From Epithemia pelagica (Eukaryota > Protista > Bacillariophyta): DNA of 64,000 bases. The notes under the pieces are model-generated. The model searched no databases and was not told the origin of the DNA. It worked only from the letters and a program-made list of their open reading frames with translations. Shown here piece by piece: positions 21,201 through 28,774 of the stretch; position 1 is the stretch's first letter, and the number at the start of each line of letters is the position of its first letter. Where the stretch lies: the NCBI GenBank assembly GCA_946965045.2, contig OX337236.1, positions 2,666,001 to 2,730,000 on the forward strand, read 5' to 3'. Both the position numbers and the translations under genes were made by a program.

Positions 21201-23278
21201 GGGGGAGAGCTTGGAGAACTACTAGGGGACCCACTCGGGCTGGAACTGGGGTCGTTACTTGGAGCACTGCTTGGCACTGAACTCGGACTCGAGCTCGGCG
21301 AAGAGCTAGGAGATTCGCTTGAATAGGACGGTTTCCAGCTCGGACTTGAGCTCGGAGATGAGCTCGGAGATTCACTTGGACTCGAACTAGGCATGGCGCT
21401 CGGTTCGGCACTGGGCTCAGAACTAGGCGACACACTCGGTTCAGCACTGGGCACAGAACTAGGCGACACACTCGGAACGGAACTTGGACTGTCGCTGGGC
21501 GAGCTGCTCGGGAGACTTGATGGCTTGGAACTGGGATCCATGCTTGGGGATGTACTCGGCGATGAACTGGGCGAAGAGCTCGGGACACTGCTTGGGTGTC
21601 CACTCGCCACCACAGTCGGGGATTCGCTGGGGACAGACGACGAACAAATCACGGAAATGGTAACACGATCCAATCCAATCTTTCCATGAACCACTGCTAG
21701 CGCAAAATTCAAAAGATCACCTTCGTCCGTTGGAAGAGTTGCAGTGAACTGACGACTAACTTGCTTTGTGTCACTGTTCACGGTGGCTTCGGAAATGTGC
21801 AAATCAACGCCATTACTTGTCGCGGCATGTCCATTGGCATAAACTTTGAACAAGCTGCTCGTGCCCAGGTACATAAAAATAGACCGGGGACGATGGTCCA
21901 TGTATTCAAAGATAGTGAACGAAATCGTTGCATGATGAGAGCCTGCGGGAAGCTGGAAGAGTTTGTACAAATGACCATGAGTACCTGTGGTCTGCATCAC
22001 GGTATTACCTTGCGGGCCCATGTAGGCCGCAACACCACCCTTATACAAATCATGAGGTCCCAAATCTTGCATGTCATCATGGATGACGACAGTGCCATCT
22101 GGATAGTCCAAACAATCAGACGGTTCTGTCAAAGGAGGACAACGATCAGGCAGAGAACAAGGGATGATGTAGTCGTACTGGTGAATCTGCTTGTCGTGAT
22201 TGGGAAGGTGTCCTTCGTTTTTTTCAATGCACTTGGGGTCCGGCATCTCAATATAGTAGTCTTCGAAGGTAATATCGTGGAAGTACAGAGTCACATTTGC
22301 ATAGCCGTCCACACAGACGGCCTCATAGTCTCCGACCAATCCATATCCCACGTATTTCGCACCAGGACATACCCATGTTTCCGTGTCAGCGTCCCTGTAT
22401 AAGACACCAACAGCGCAAACAGATGTTTTCTTCAGGAATTGAAATACAGCGAAACGGACAGTTGAATTCTTAAATTCCAACGGCTTCAGGTAGTGATTGT
22501 CCGCTTCCCAATCGGGATGCGAAGACACAAGGTCAGCTTCGTATGGGCACTCGTCCGTCGGTGATCCACTCGGGGATGAACTAGGACTTTCTGACGGTGA
22601 AGCAGAGGGTCCCATGCTGGGGTCCGAACTGGGGAGGGAGCTGGGCAGAGAACTGGGATCACTACTAGGTTGCGAGCTGGGGGAGACGGACGGTGTGGAA
22701 CTCGGAGCGGCACTCGGATTCTCCGAAGGAGAGGAACTCGGGGAAGCACTCTCAGTCATTGTAGGGACCATGCTCGGGGACGCCGAGGGAGAGGAACTCG
22801 GAGAAGCACTGGGGTTAGAACTGGGGGATGAACTGGGGCCGCTACTAGGCGTCTCGCTCGGACTGGAACTAGGAGAAGAGCTGGGAGAAGCGCTGGGAGA
22901 GGCACTGGATGTAATACTTGGGGGAGTACTGGGAGATGAACTAGGAGATGAACTCGGGGAGGCACTGGGCGTAGAACTGGGGGAGGAACTCGGTTGAGCA
23001 CTGGGTTGAGCACTGGGTTGAGCACTGGGTTGAGAACTGGGCTGAGAACTGGGACCTGACGTAGGAGGACTGGAAGGTGTTGAACTGGGCTCGGACGATG
23101 TATCGAAATGCAACATTTCAGGCTCTTCCTTAAAACAGGTAAAGTTGGTAATCGTCCTATTCACCTCGTCCTCAGGAGGATGCCATGTCACATCCGATCC
23201 GACATGATGATCTGCATGATCTGCAGCCGCAGCCGCCCCGCCCAAACTAAGGAGAATGGCGGCGGCGATCTTCAACAT
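9206..23278 (-). CDS. Giant secreted Ser/Pro-rich mucin-like modular protein, paralog 2 (4690 aa, apparently intronless)
   Basis: One uninterrupted 14,073-nt ORF. Hydrophobic signal peptide MLKIAAAILLSLGGAAAA, long (SPSS)n linkers, about 10 modules each starting CP(Y/D/A) with a Cys-bracketed domain followed by a beta-rich domain. No C-terminal transmembrane segment visible. Confidence 0.93.
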   Translation of the reverse strand: MLKIAAAILLSLGGAAAAADHADHHVGSDVTWHPPEDEVNRTITNFTCFKEEPEMLHFDTSSEPSSTPSSPPTSGPSSQPSSQPSAQPSAQPSAQPSSSPSSTPSASPSSSPSSSPSTPPSITSSASPSASPSSSPSSSPSETPSSGPSSSPSSNPSASPSSSPSASPSMVPTMTESASPSSSPSENPSAAPSSTPSVSPSSQPSSDPSSLPSSLPSSDPSMGPSASPSESPSSSPSGSPTDECPYEADLVSSHPDWEADNHYLKPLEFKNSTVRFAVFQFLKKTSVCAVGVLYRDADTETWVCPGAKYVGYGLVGDYEAVCVDGYANVTLYFHDITFEDYYIEMPDPKCIEKNEGHLPNHDKQIHQYDYIIPCSLPDRCPPLTEPSDCLDYPDGTVVIHDDMQDLGPHDLYKGGVAAYMGPQGNTVMQTTGTHGHLYKLFQLPAGSHHATISFTIFEYMDHRPRSIFMYLGTSSLFKVYANGHAATSNGVDLHISEATVNSDTKQVSRQFTATLPTDEGDLLNFALAVVHGKIGLDRVTISVICSSSVPSESPTVVASGHPSSVPSSSPSSSPSTSPSMDPSSKPSSLPSSSPSDSPSSVPSVSPSSVPSAEPSVSPSSEPSAEPSAMPSSSPSESPSSSPSSSPSWKPSYSSESPSSSPSSSPSSVPSSAPSNDPSSSPSGSPSSSPSSPPSSNPSSSPSASPSESPSESPSSSPSESPSSSPSAQPSTEPSSMPSNKPSASSENPSSSPSASPSANPSSSPSSSPSAIPSASPSSMPSTSPSSSPSSSPSSSPSESPSNSPSSSPSSNPSSSPSAEPSSSPSEMPSTPPSITRSVHPSESPSSSPSNQPTITQSVHPSESPSSQPSASPSGSPSAEPSASPSSSPSATPSSSPSSSPSSSPSDSPSSSPSDSPSASPSSSPSSSPSSSPSSSPSAIPSSSPSSSPSWKPSYSSENPSSTPSSEPSASPSASPSGSPSSAPSSSPSTSPSSAPSSSPSTSPSSAPSSSPSSSPSSSPSSSPSASPSTSPSSSPSSSPSSTPTEECPYDAKYVIEHSNAYPLDILITIYAWNNESVTAGVHQYVKEGSLCAFFTHYHDLDDKYVCADGGLDVGFGHHDNYTAKCDDGFAKFDIYAWDITFTGLSLDSDSVHDACHEKFIEKEWSKIKKFSYKVPCNLPTRCPYPEVPDCYDFLSSNSDGTTFVSETMYSDAEVDTWVNTYHVMWGTHPVAVLKKNHTMVAKSVHIPAYTELVIARFSLIVKNVNAHEGIGFSFSNDEEIWDITNLHDPKTYSNGLHASLTKEENVPEGYHILHLEVYLTPKFYQENVVTITFFAHHDGWQFGILSYSMDLQCYAPSSNPSESPSALPSSSPSMSPSASPSSSPSLEPSSSPSLSPSSSPSSSPSIRPSSEPSSSPSSSPSEYPSSSPSASPSSSPSSSPTITSSVHPSESPSSSPSMSPTITASVHPSESPSASPSESPSESPSAAPSSAPSSNPSSSPSASPSSSPSSAPSSIPSSDPSSSPSHNPSSSPSSNPSALPSSSPSSSPSWQPSYSSENPSSSPSSEPSANPSASPSGSPSSAPSSSPSTSPSSAPSSSPSSSPSSSPSSSPSASPSSSPSSSPSSSPSTSPSSSPSSSPSSTPTEECPYDAKYVIEHSNAYPLDILITIYAWNNESVTAGVHQYVKEGSLCAFFTHYHDLDDKYVCADGGLDVGFGHHDNYTAKCDDGFAKFDIYAWDITFTGLSLDSDSVHDACHEKFIEKEWSKIKKFSYKVPCNLPPRCPYPEVPDCYDFLSSNSDGTTFVSETMYSDAEVDTWVNTYHGMWGTHPVAVLKKNHTMVAKSVHIPAYTELVIARFSLIVKNVNAHEGIGFSFSNDEEIWDITNLHDPKTYSNGLHASLTKEENVPEGYHILHLEVYLTPKFYQENVVTITFFAHHDGWQFGILSYSMDLQCYAPSSNPSESPSALPSSSPSMSPSASPSSSPSSEPSSSPSSEPSASPSSSPSSSPSSSPSASPSASPSSEPSSNPSSSPSSSPSSEPSSPPSMTSSSEPSSSPSSSPSASPSSLPSSPPSASPSSSPSASPSSSPSASPSSSPSSSPSMLPTITASVHPSESPSNSPSNQPTITASDHPSESPSASPSESPSDSPSTEPSSAPSSNPSSSPSASPSAVPSSSPSSNPSSSPSESPSSSPSESPSSSPSESPSAVPSSSPSWKPSYSSENPSSSPSSSPSSSPSGSPSSSPSSSPSSSPSSAPSSSPSASPSSSPSSSPSSSPSTSPSSSPSSSPSSTPTEECPYDAKYVIEHSNAYPLDILITIYAWNNESVTAGVHQYVKEGSLCAFFTHYHDLDDKYVCADGGLDVGFGHHDNYTAKCDDGFAKFDIYAWDITFTGLSLDSDSVHDACHEKFIEKEWSKIKKFSYKVPCNLPPRCPYPEVPDCYDFLSSNSDGTTFVSETMYSDAEVDTWVNTYHGMWGTHPVAVLKKNHTMVAKSVHIPAYTELVIARFSLIVKNVNAHEGIGLSYDNDHEIWDITNLHDPKTYSNGLHASLVKEENAHTGYHILHLEVYLTPKFYQHNVVTITFFTHHDGWQFGILSYSMDLQCYAPSSNPSESPSALPSSSPSMSPSASPSSSPSSEPSSSPSSEPSASPSSSPSSSPSSLPSASPSAAPSSSPSASPSALPSFEPSSSPSSSPSSSPSSEPSSAPSITASSEPSESPSNTPSESPSSLPSSSPSVSPSESPSSAPSSAPSSSPSTSPSSSPSASPSSSPSNSPSTAPSVSDSEAPSESPSESPSSSPSSSPSSSPSSNPSLAPTVDYSVHPSESPSNSPSESPSSSPSGSPSLSPSSSPSSSPSKKSDTCPYSAIFLGEPEAAPFHNLITIYAWDKETVTVEVHQHVKKTSLCGLMVDFEEPSGGTRVCHTGGANVPYGRSDRYTAKCDEYGYAYFDIYAFDTTYTSVVHDVPEDCSHENIIPSSGEQVKKFSYKVPCMLYDFCEHPGPSDCDSFYEENGHGVILSEDMKLQEHVDSYLDGVAGEIGDRKHLVLIPAPYWLFKNIWVPSKTETVGMEIVIVEKIENRPHHIIVSLDDKHSRVKIPQGDSDVELPNKVYLKVEDLHWGTEDYYARKIWLHFQPHHYPHDVLKVGFRVAHGIVGIESMHVSMQCYTPSSPPSTSPSALPSASPSSSPSASPSLSPSSMPSSSPSKFCPDSVHMESSASEEEYSLVKIAAAGNNEIMLDVFQYLAPTVEELATYLPGNEESGVGSECYNEKKGTNMDTPYGHVGRYTAVCVKDMAEIDVYVRDSSFSEDADHNPPEGCAISSSDNVKHFRYMVECVENPRCPYPVLEECVDVLARSSDVNVHEIMFDDMVDGNGVEEYIGAIPGSFGHEGDKIDAAVIAGNSPIHVYRSLSVPKNTAQVTVSFMTLEHKDESRPANMTLSGSNFEIPIYHEDRENELLDNGVHIHHVKTMDMQSISDVVIRQFTLVFSSSHNHYPSDVFGILIVIPKGTLGIKDFSVDIQCYAPTAAPTLTPTSVPTSVPTLPPTDVCPYVQDATPPGDNSIDIATDEEEIPVQAVSYNSSAVVVAVEQLWWYDPVCKYAAYYKPYDSTKTIQSTDHMCDEQNEVAHGESFEYTIQCYQGMAQIEIFLYEPMFPENPTHHHVYGQCSDMKEFSMGEESDHIQRFIYEFPCEEMRPICEPEDYDCDDDVTRSIRDWSSAVSSNHYNYTSRTYIPPSSSVSLSVKFTLDVKHDGDLMVSVGKWPTLHMGHFTAYGHENSFEYTFGDEVPVRVTCTDGSASATSQCDVTMAIHADLFDSSFYLGFSFKEDYFVVDNVSIHAFCEGCPYVQDATPPGDNSIDIATDEEEIPVQAVSYNSSAVVVAVEQLWWYDPVCKYAAYYKPYDSTKTIQSTDHMCDEQNEVTHGEAFQYTIQCYQGMAQIEIFLYEPMFPENPTHHHVYGQCTDMKSISESDKIQRFIYEFPCEEMRLDCEPEDYDCDDDVTRSIRDWSSAVSSNHYNYTSRTYIPPSSSTSLSVKFTLDVKHDGDLMISVGKKPTLKMGHFAAIGQDNSFEYTFGDEVPVSVSCTVGSGSATSQCDVTMFVDADMFDDIFYLGFSFKDGHFVVDNVSIYAYCEGCPYVEQMEPSSSITHNPLEPPIYILDYGHTDVTFLVKQEFLDDTLCLLSVLYDKKEHGGIVETCANTSNVEPGEPEVHTAQCVNGKVTVTVFAYDEKLVAGDHIDVPDKCHVIDSDHTHKYVFTLPCSYGPPACKPEEDEPCGSEVTKTAGDWSTYLSHYGTKIVGQTYILPEKTSSITAEFSLTKEALGDLIVMAGKHDFRIGTFAPGDSEDHLSGQFPDNVGVVVSCYPSTTHCHVGMTVPSSFFQTPDVFFLAFKTQVGTLTVDVDSVRVRSNCESKCPAEIDWGTTKPPIPHSAVRLIRQTPTTVTVKVAQEWTNSVCRMLVNYTDNYLSTPHCHDYHAVPYGELKDEFTIDCAADGYARGTVHAFDEFFGDVIEGTLAMKCPDPKSFHESGYRLDFAYPCDVYCPTPEPERMPIEIDALGLAQTVKENGKKFIKIPRDIEAARTVVLPPSLTTLTIKFDLHKSDGPAGTLLLTVGYTRLHLDSFSVGTWDDDSYYMDAYEPNDVFVSISSSSSTKTSFTITISNIEPFSHDRRVNFAIEMKNMDIIVSPIYMNGS
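10885..12650 (-). repeat. Intragenic tandem duplication of an 885-bp module (CPYVQDATPPGDNSIDIATDEEEIPVQAV... x2)
   Basis: Sequence near 12601 recurs near 11716 (offset 885); the translated duplicate is visible in the 4690-aa ORF. Confidence 0.92.
15467..20160 (-). repeat. Three near-identical ~940-bp domain modules (CPYDAKYVIEHSNAY...MDLQCYAP) spaced 1800 and 1944 bp; a fourth copy at 1-960 in paralog 1
   Basis: Repeated shadow ORFs at 15674, 17618, 19418 and 208; the translated repeats are visible in the long ORF. Confidence 0.95.
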
Positions 23279-24260
23279 GATGAAAGCTCCAACTTTTTTT
23301 GTTTTTTTTTGTTTCTTTAACGGAACTTTCTGTATCTCTCGCCTCTTGGTTGCGATCTACTTGAAGTTGACTTGCGTTCTTCCTTCTCTTCTTGTTGCTG
23401 TTTGTTTGGTTTGGTTCTTCTTGGTGGCTTTCAGATTGATGATATATCGATGGATCCTTGTCTGTCTAAAAGCACCAGGCCAAAAAGAATGAACGACTGT
23501 GATTCTCGATGGCCTCTGTTTTTCTCCGATTGAAACGGTTTTGGTTGGAGGGCTTACTGTTGTTGCCACGTGTCGTGCTCGGATTCTTGCTGGGGCGGTC
23601 TCTTGCGTATTGGGTAAACCAAAATGTTACTCTCGAAAGCGTTCCAAAATTGTTCAACTCCATGTTCTAATCAATGGAGAATTCATTTGATCACTGGAAA
23701 TTATGACCAAATGTGAAGGGCAATGATTTTCTCAATGACTCTAAACGTAGATTTCTGTATGGGATAATGGCCATCTTTGTACAGTATTACAGGTCTAAAC
23801 CGCTAGGGTTCGCTAGGTGTGATCATAAATTCTAATCAGCATCTAGAAGTAGATCTTGATTTAGCTCAAAGAGCTAAAACATTTTCCTTGAAAAGACTTT
23901 ATCGTTCTTACTTGTTGAGGCAAAGTAGAAGACCTAAAAATGTGGGACACTTGTTTCCGAGCGGGGTGCCCTTCTTTCGTGATTCGATAGTGTACACTCT
24001 TTCTTTCCAAGCACCTGTGTCAGACGCCAAGATTGCCGAGGAGTGGGAAGATATAAAATCAATGTACTATTATCCTATTAGTAACTTCACTCGCTAGCGT
24101 TTATCATTGTCATGTCTGTGCCTCAGACTATGATTACTGTCCCAAGAAGAACTCATTCACTGGATGGGCAGGACAATTTCTACTCTACAAACTCTACGAG
24201 TACTCGTATTCATGTCTTGGGCCAGCGAGAAGACAGAGAATTATGTTCGGAAACCTGCAG

Positions 24261-24440
24261 TTTTCTCGGGAGACGTGATCTGGTTTGGGGCAGGACGTCT
24301 TACTTTGGTGAAGATTCCCAGAGTATAACTGGCTTTTCTATAGAGAATTGTGTAGGGTTCAGGTTTCTCGGGACAGACGTGATCTGTGGTTTTGAGTAGA
24401 TTCCAAGACTACAACCGGTTTTTTTATAGAGATTTCTGTA
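24261..24440. repeat. Degenerate ~100-bp tandem duplication
   Basis: tttctcggga..gacgtgatctg...agattcc..ga.ta.aac.gg.ttt..tatagaga occurs at about 24261-24355 and again at about 24363-24440. Confidence 0.6.
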
Positions 24441-25757
24441 CTCTACAAATCACACATAGTCTCGACGTCCGTCCTGCTCTATACGTCCAAGAGGATAGTT
24501 TTCAAGAGTACTATGAATCTTTATTGTAAACTTTCCATACAGCCTCATCGACCGCTGGGGAAACGTATATGTACCGATATATATTGGATCAGTCGCACAT
24601 ACACCGTCGGAACAACTTCCGTGCGACGAAACAGCCAAACACAACAACACAATGGGGTTGTGGAAGTTGGAACCACTCGAGTCGACAACAACATACCTCT
24701 CTCGGAAAAAGTCATGAATCGATGTATACAATGTGTTTGTTTTACTGCAATTCCAAGTCAGTCGAATGGTTCGCTCACTCTTTGTCACAATGCACAAAGG
24801 AACGAGTCGATAGACCCATTCTTTGTCCGAGGAACACCACCACACGCAGTCAAATGTCCTTCTGCCCAGAAAAAAAACACATTCAGGCATGTGCCGTCTC
24901 TCTCTCTTTTCCAGAGACCTCTCTCTCTCTCTCGCTCTTCTTTTGGAAACCACATCTTGTCTCGCATCGTGTCTGGACCAAGGAGTATTCTACTACACCC
25001 ACACCTGGACCCCGAACCAAGGGACCGTTTGTTTCCGTGCACACACGAGAGGAGTGTTTCGTGTGTTTGGAACACCAACGAGGAGCGCACAACCGGAACC
25101 AGGCGCACCAACAATCCATCCAAACCAGGAGAATTCGGACAAGTACCTAGGTAGTCGTGCTAGAGAACAACACGGTTTGGTGTGGCGGGTAGTCCGTGAC
25201 GACCGACCATGACAAATCGTAGGAGTCTGGAACTAATGCGGCTGCTGGAATACCCGATTGTCGTGTGCATTGTGGTGTGTATGTTGTGGTGTGGTCCGGT
25301 TTAATACTTGTGTGCCGCAACAACGGCAAACAGAGACCACACCCCAACCACATCCTCCCGTGTTTCTTCGGTTTCGGTTCGTGTTCGTCTTGTGTGTTTC
25401 TTGTGGTGATGCGCTTCCACAAAGACACGAACGAGATGATTCGATTCGTCTCGTCCCCCTCCTTCTTTCTTGGAAGTGCTCTCACGTTGCCCTCTAAAAA
25501 AAAATGTGTTTCTTCACAATGTGGAGAGCTCGGTATGCGTTGTGTGTGGAACACAACGCCAATCTCCTGCCTCGTCCAATGGATTCCTCTAGGTAGTAGC
25601 TTGTGGTGGAGAGTGCGTCGTTGTATAGAGTCGGATGGATTGTTGCTACGAGTAGAGTGCCTCGTCTAGAGAGAACACATGCGCGAAACAACGACATGCC
25701 GTGCATTCCGTAACATCGAATACTGTGACCCGTTTTTTGGTGTTTTAGAGTATTCTA

Positions 25758-28223
25758 TTATTGAAACAAGCTCTTGATCCATACCAACAACAAGAAGCAA
25801 ACCAAAAGGGTCCGATACCGGGTCAAGAGGGTTCCAACTTTGCGCAGCAATCGGACGCCATACCACACACGTTGTCCCGTGGTGAGATAGGACTGCAAGT
25901 GTTGAGGTTGAATCCCATGACAGGTCCGGACAATGCGTGACGCGGTGCGATCCGACAAGGGGACACCCGCCAGGGAGGCATAGTGTTGGATTTGATGGGT
26001 CGAGGTGGAATGCAAGGCGGCACAAATCATGTTTTGCGTCGAGGGAGACGACAAGGTTTGGAGCCATTGACGACCAGCACCACCCAAGAGATTGTTCCCT
26101 TTGGTCTGGCTGTTGCTGTTGCTGCTACTCGGAAGTCCAAACGGACTGTTCCCACCCAAGGCTGCCCCCAACAAGGAGGAGGCCATACCATCCGGAAACA
26201 AGCCTCCCATCAAGTTGGGCATGGGCATGTCCGCCACACTACTACCACCACCACCATTGTCGTCATTGGATCCCAAGAGTGCCGAAAACAAATCCTTGGC
26301 GGCGGCTGGATTGGACGACGACGATGACGACAAGAACCCGTCTCCCATCCTGGAAAGCAAGGGCGATGCTGACGATGATGACGAAAGAGAGGCAAAGGGT
26401 TGTGGAGTCGCCTCGCTTCCTCCGCCCGTCGCCGTGGCATCTTCTCCTCGCAACAATTGTCCATACAATTCGACCGCCTTGCGATCGCCCAAAAAGGCGG
26501 CTTGTCGGGCATCGTTGCGAGCCGCCTGGAGTTGTTCGGTCGTTGTTGTTGTCGTCGTTGTTGTCGTCCGGCCACTGGTCGTCACCGTGGCCAGGGCCAA
26601 ACGTGCCTTGGCCCGTCGATACAAGGCTCGAGCCTTGAGTGTGGGAGAAATGGCCGCCACCTCCAAGACTTGATGGCAGGCTTGCAGGGCGGCTTCTAAA
26701 TCGGACGTATCTCCCAATTTCAAGGCACACAAGGCTTGGTGCAAACGACAGGTACACAATTCTTCCATGGTCTCCATCCACAAGGACGATGAGGATTGTG
26801 GTGATTGTGATTCGGATTGCTGTTGCTGCTGCTGCAAGGCATGGATTCCGTAGGCAGCCTGGCCAAAGCATTGGACGGCTCGTCGATAGTCACCGGCATC
26901 GTGCCATTCCTTTCCTCGACTTCGTAGTTGTTGAGTCCATTCTCGCATCTCTTGCAGAGTCCAATCATGACTGTCCCAATCCATGGACATTGGCACTCCA
27001 AGGTCGTTGTCGTCGTCCTTGTCATTTTCGTCCTTGTCATTTTCTGGTTCGGGATCGTCCTGGTCCTCGTCCTTGTCGTCCTTCTCCTTCTCGTCGTCGT
27101 CCTGTTCCATGCTTGGTTCCACGAATTGATCCTCCTCGTCGTCATCCTCCTCGTCCTCCTCCTGGACGGTTTGATCGGGGTCATTGGCAGTATTCCTGGA
27201 TTCCACTGTGGTTGTTGCATCGGGTGACGAGGACGACACGAGGGGTTCCTCTTTTTCTTCTTCCTTTTCTTTTTCCTCCTTCTCTGTGACTGGATCCTTC
27301 TCTTTGTCTTCTTCTTCTTCCAGGCGCACCAATACGTCTGTTTCCCCCTCTTCTTCTTCTTCTTCTTCCACAGGACGGTGACGGTCCTCGTCCCTCTCTG
27401 GCTCGTTTTCCTGGACCGTGCTGGTGGGTTCCGTTTCTCCCCCCGACACTGTGGAATCTGTCCGACTCGTCAAAGTCGTTGTCGTCGTTCCATTCGTGGA
27501 CCGTACTGGTGCGGCCCAGGAAACGACACGTTTGCCGTCGAGACCCTGGACAGTCTGGAAGAAAATATCACACAACGACGACGACGACACGAAAGAATCG
27601 GATGCTGGCACCACCACAGTCTCTTGGGTTCCACTAAGAGTTTCATTCGTCATGTGGATCCATGCTTCCAGGACATGGCAGACATGGCAAACGGTCGACA
27701 ATCGACCCACTACTGGAGATTGATTTAGCAGGAGAGGATCCTGTGGTGGACGACTGCGACCCCGATTCCGACGATGGCGACGTCCGGGTGGTGCATCCTC
27801 TTGTGTGGGAATCCACACAAGTTTCACGTCTGGTGAGGAGTGTGGGGGACTGTTATTGTTGTTGTGGATGGTTTCGCGTTCGGTTTCTTCTTGTTGTTCT
27901 AGTTGTTTGGGTGATACAGTCTGGTTGGGTTCCTGCTTCGACTCGTTGGTCGTTGTAGTGGTTGTATTGGAGGAGAGACTGTCGTCGGGTGATGGTGGTT
28001 CTTGTGGTTGTTCTTGTTCTTGTTCGTCCTCTTCCAGGGATGTTGTTGTGCTTCCTCCTCCTCGAAGAATCGTCCATCTTGTTCTAGCAGTCGTTGTTGT
28101 TGGTATCGTCCTCCTACAGTCCTTGTGACAAGCGGCTGCCGTTGCCGTTGCGGTTGGCACCGAGAATGGTACTCCGACAAGGACGACAAGAAGAAGAAGA
28201 AGCAGCTGGACCAGCATCCCCAT
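25758..28223 (-). CDS. TPR-domain co-chaperone-like membrane protein (N-terminal hydrophobic leader, acidic linker, 3 TPRs, C-terminal hydrophobic anchor)
   Basis: 881-aa ORF 25758-28403; likely start MGMLVQLLLLLLVV at 28223. TPR motifs QQLRSRGKEWHDAGDYRRAVQCFGQA, CRLHQALCALKLG and KARALYRRAKARLAL; terminal LLVCFLLLVWIKSLFQ. Confidence 0.75.
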   Translation of the reverse strand: MGMLVQLLLLLLVVLVGVPFSVPTATATAAACHKDCRRTIPTTTTARTRWTILRGGGSTTTSLEEDEQEQEQPQEPPSPDDSLSSNTTTTTTNESKQEPNQTVSPKQLEQQEETERETIHNNNNSPPHSSPDVKLVWIPTQEDAPPGRRHRRNRGRSRPPQDPLLLNQSPVVGRLSTVCHVCHVLEAWIHMTNETLSGTQETVVVPASDSFVSSSSLCDIFFQTVQGLDGKRVVSWAAPVRSTNGTTTTTLTSRTDSTVSGGETEPTSTVQENEPERDEDRHRPVEEEEEEEGETDVLVRLEEEEDKEKDPVTEKEEKEKEEEKEEPLVSSSSPDATTTVESRNTANDPDQTVQEEDEEDDDEEDQFVEPSMEQDDDEKEKDDKDEDQDDPEPENDKDENDKDDDNDLGVPMSMDWDSHDWTLQEMREWTQQLRSRGKEWHDAGDYRRAVQCFGQAAYGIHALQQQQQQSESQSPQSSSSLWMETMEELCTCRLHQALCALKLGDTSDLEAALQACHQVLEVAAISPTLKARALYRRAKARLALATVTTSGRTTTTTTTTTTEQLQAARNDARQAAFLGDRKAVELYGQLLRGEDATATGGGSEATPQPFASLSSSSSASPLLSRMGDGFLSSSSSSNPAAAKDLFSALLGSNDDNGGGGSSVADMPMPNLMGGLFPDGMASSLLGAALGGNSPFGLPSSSNSNSQTKGNNLLGGAGRQWLQTLSSPSTQNMICAALHSTSTHQIQHYASLAGVPLSDRTASRIVRTCHGIQPQHLQSYLTTGQRVWYGVRLLRKVGTLLTRYRTLLVCFLLLVWIKSLFQ

Positions 28224-28774
28224 TGTTGTTGATGTCGTTGTCCATTCTCTTTTTCGTCTTCTTCTTGTTCGTTGTGGTTGTGGTTTGGGCATCCCAGGCA
28301 TGAGGATCCAATCAAGATGGCACGGCGGCGGCAAATCCTGGGAATGTTCCTTTCGCATGGTCGGATCCAGTCGTCGTCTTGGTATGCTACAACGTTGCTG
28401 CATTATCCTGTCGTCACGAGGAGAATGATACTCGTAGCAGTAGTAAAAGAATCCAATTTCTCTCTTCTTCGTCCTCCTCCTCTTTGCTGATTGCCAAAAG
28501 ATCTCGGTGGATTGTGGATCGCGAGATGATGTCCCTCCCCTCCACGTGTCACATTCATCAACAACTACTCCCGAGCGATACCAAATAGTCGCATTAAATC
28601 CTTCACGACATAAATCATTGTTCGTTAGTTTTGATGACCAAAAAGCGATTCATATCCACTGAGAGTTGGCACGATATGGAACCCAACTCTCGATTCTCTC
28701 CATCTTGACACACCATGCATCCTATCTGTTGGTCGTTTCCATACTAGTAGTTCGTTGTGGGTCATCAGATCACC

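Noticed and set aside
896-23000. Dozens of + strand Leu/Gly/Glu-rich ORFs (LGLELGEELG...) and - strand alternate-frame R/V/P/Q-rich ORFs
   Set aside because: Shadows of the SPSS repeats: Pro (CCN) is nearly always followed by an AGY Ser, whose reverse complement reads Leu-Gly and rarely makes stops.
23819-25706. Cluster of overlapping 70-213 aa ORFs on both strands
   Set aside because: Low-complexity (CT/GA, GT) non-coding-like sequence with mutually incompatible frames and no domain signal.
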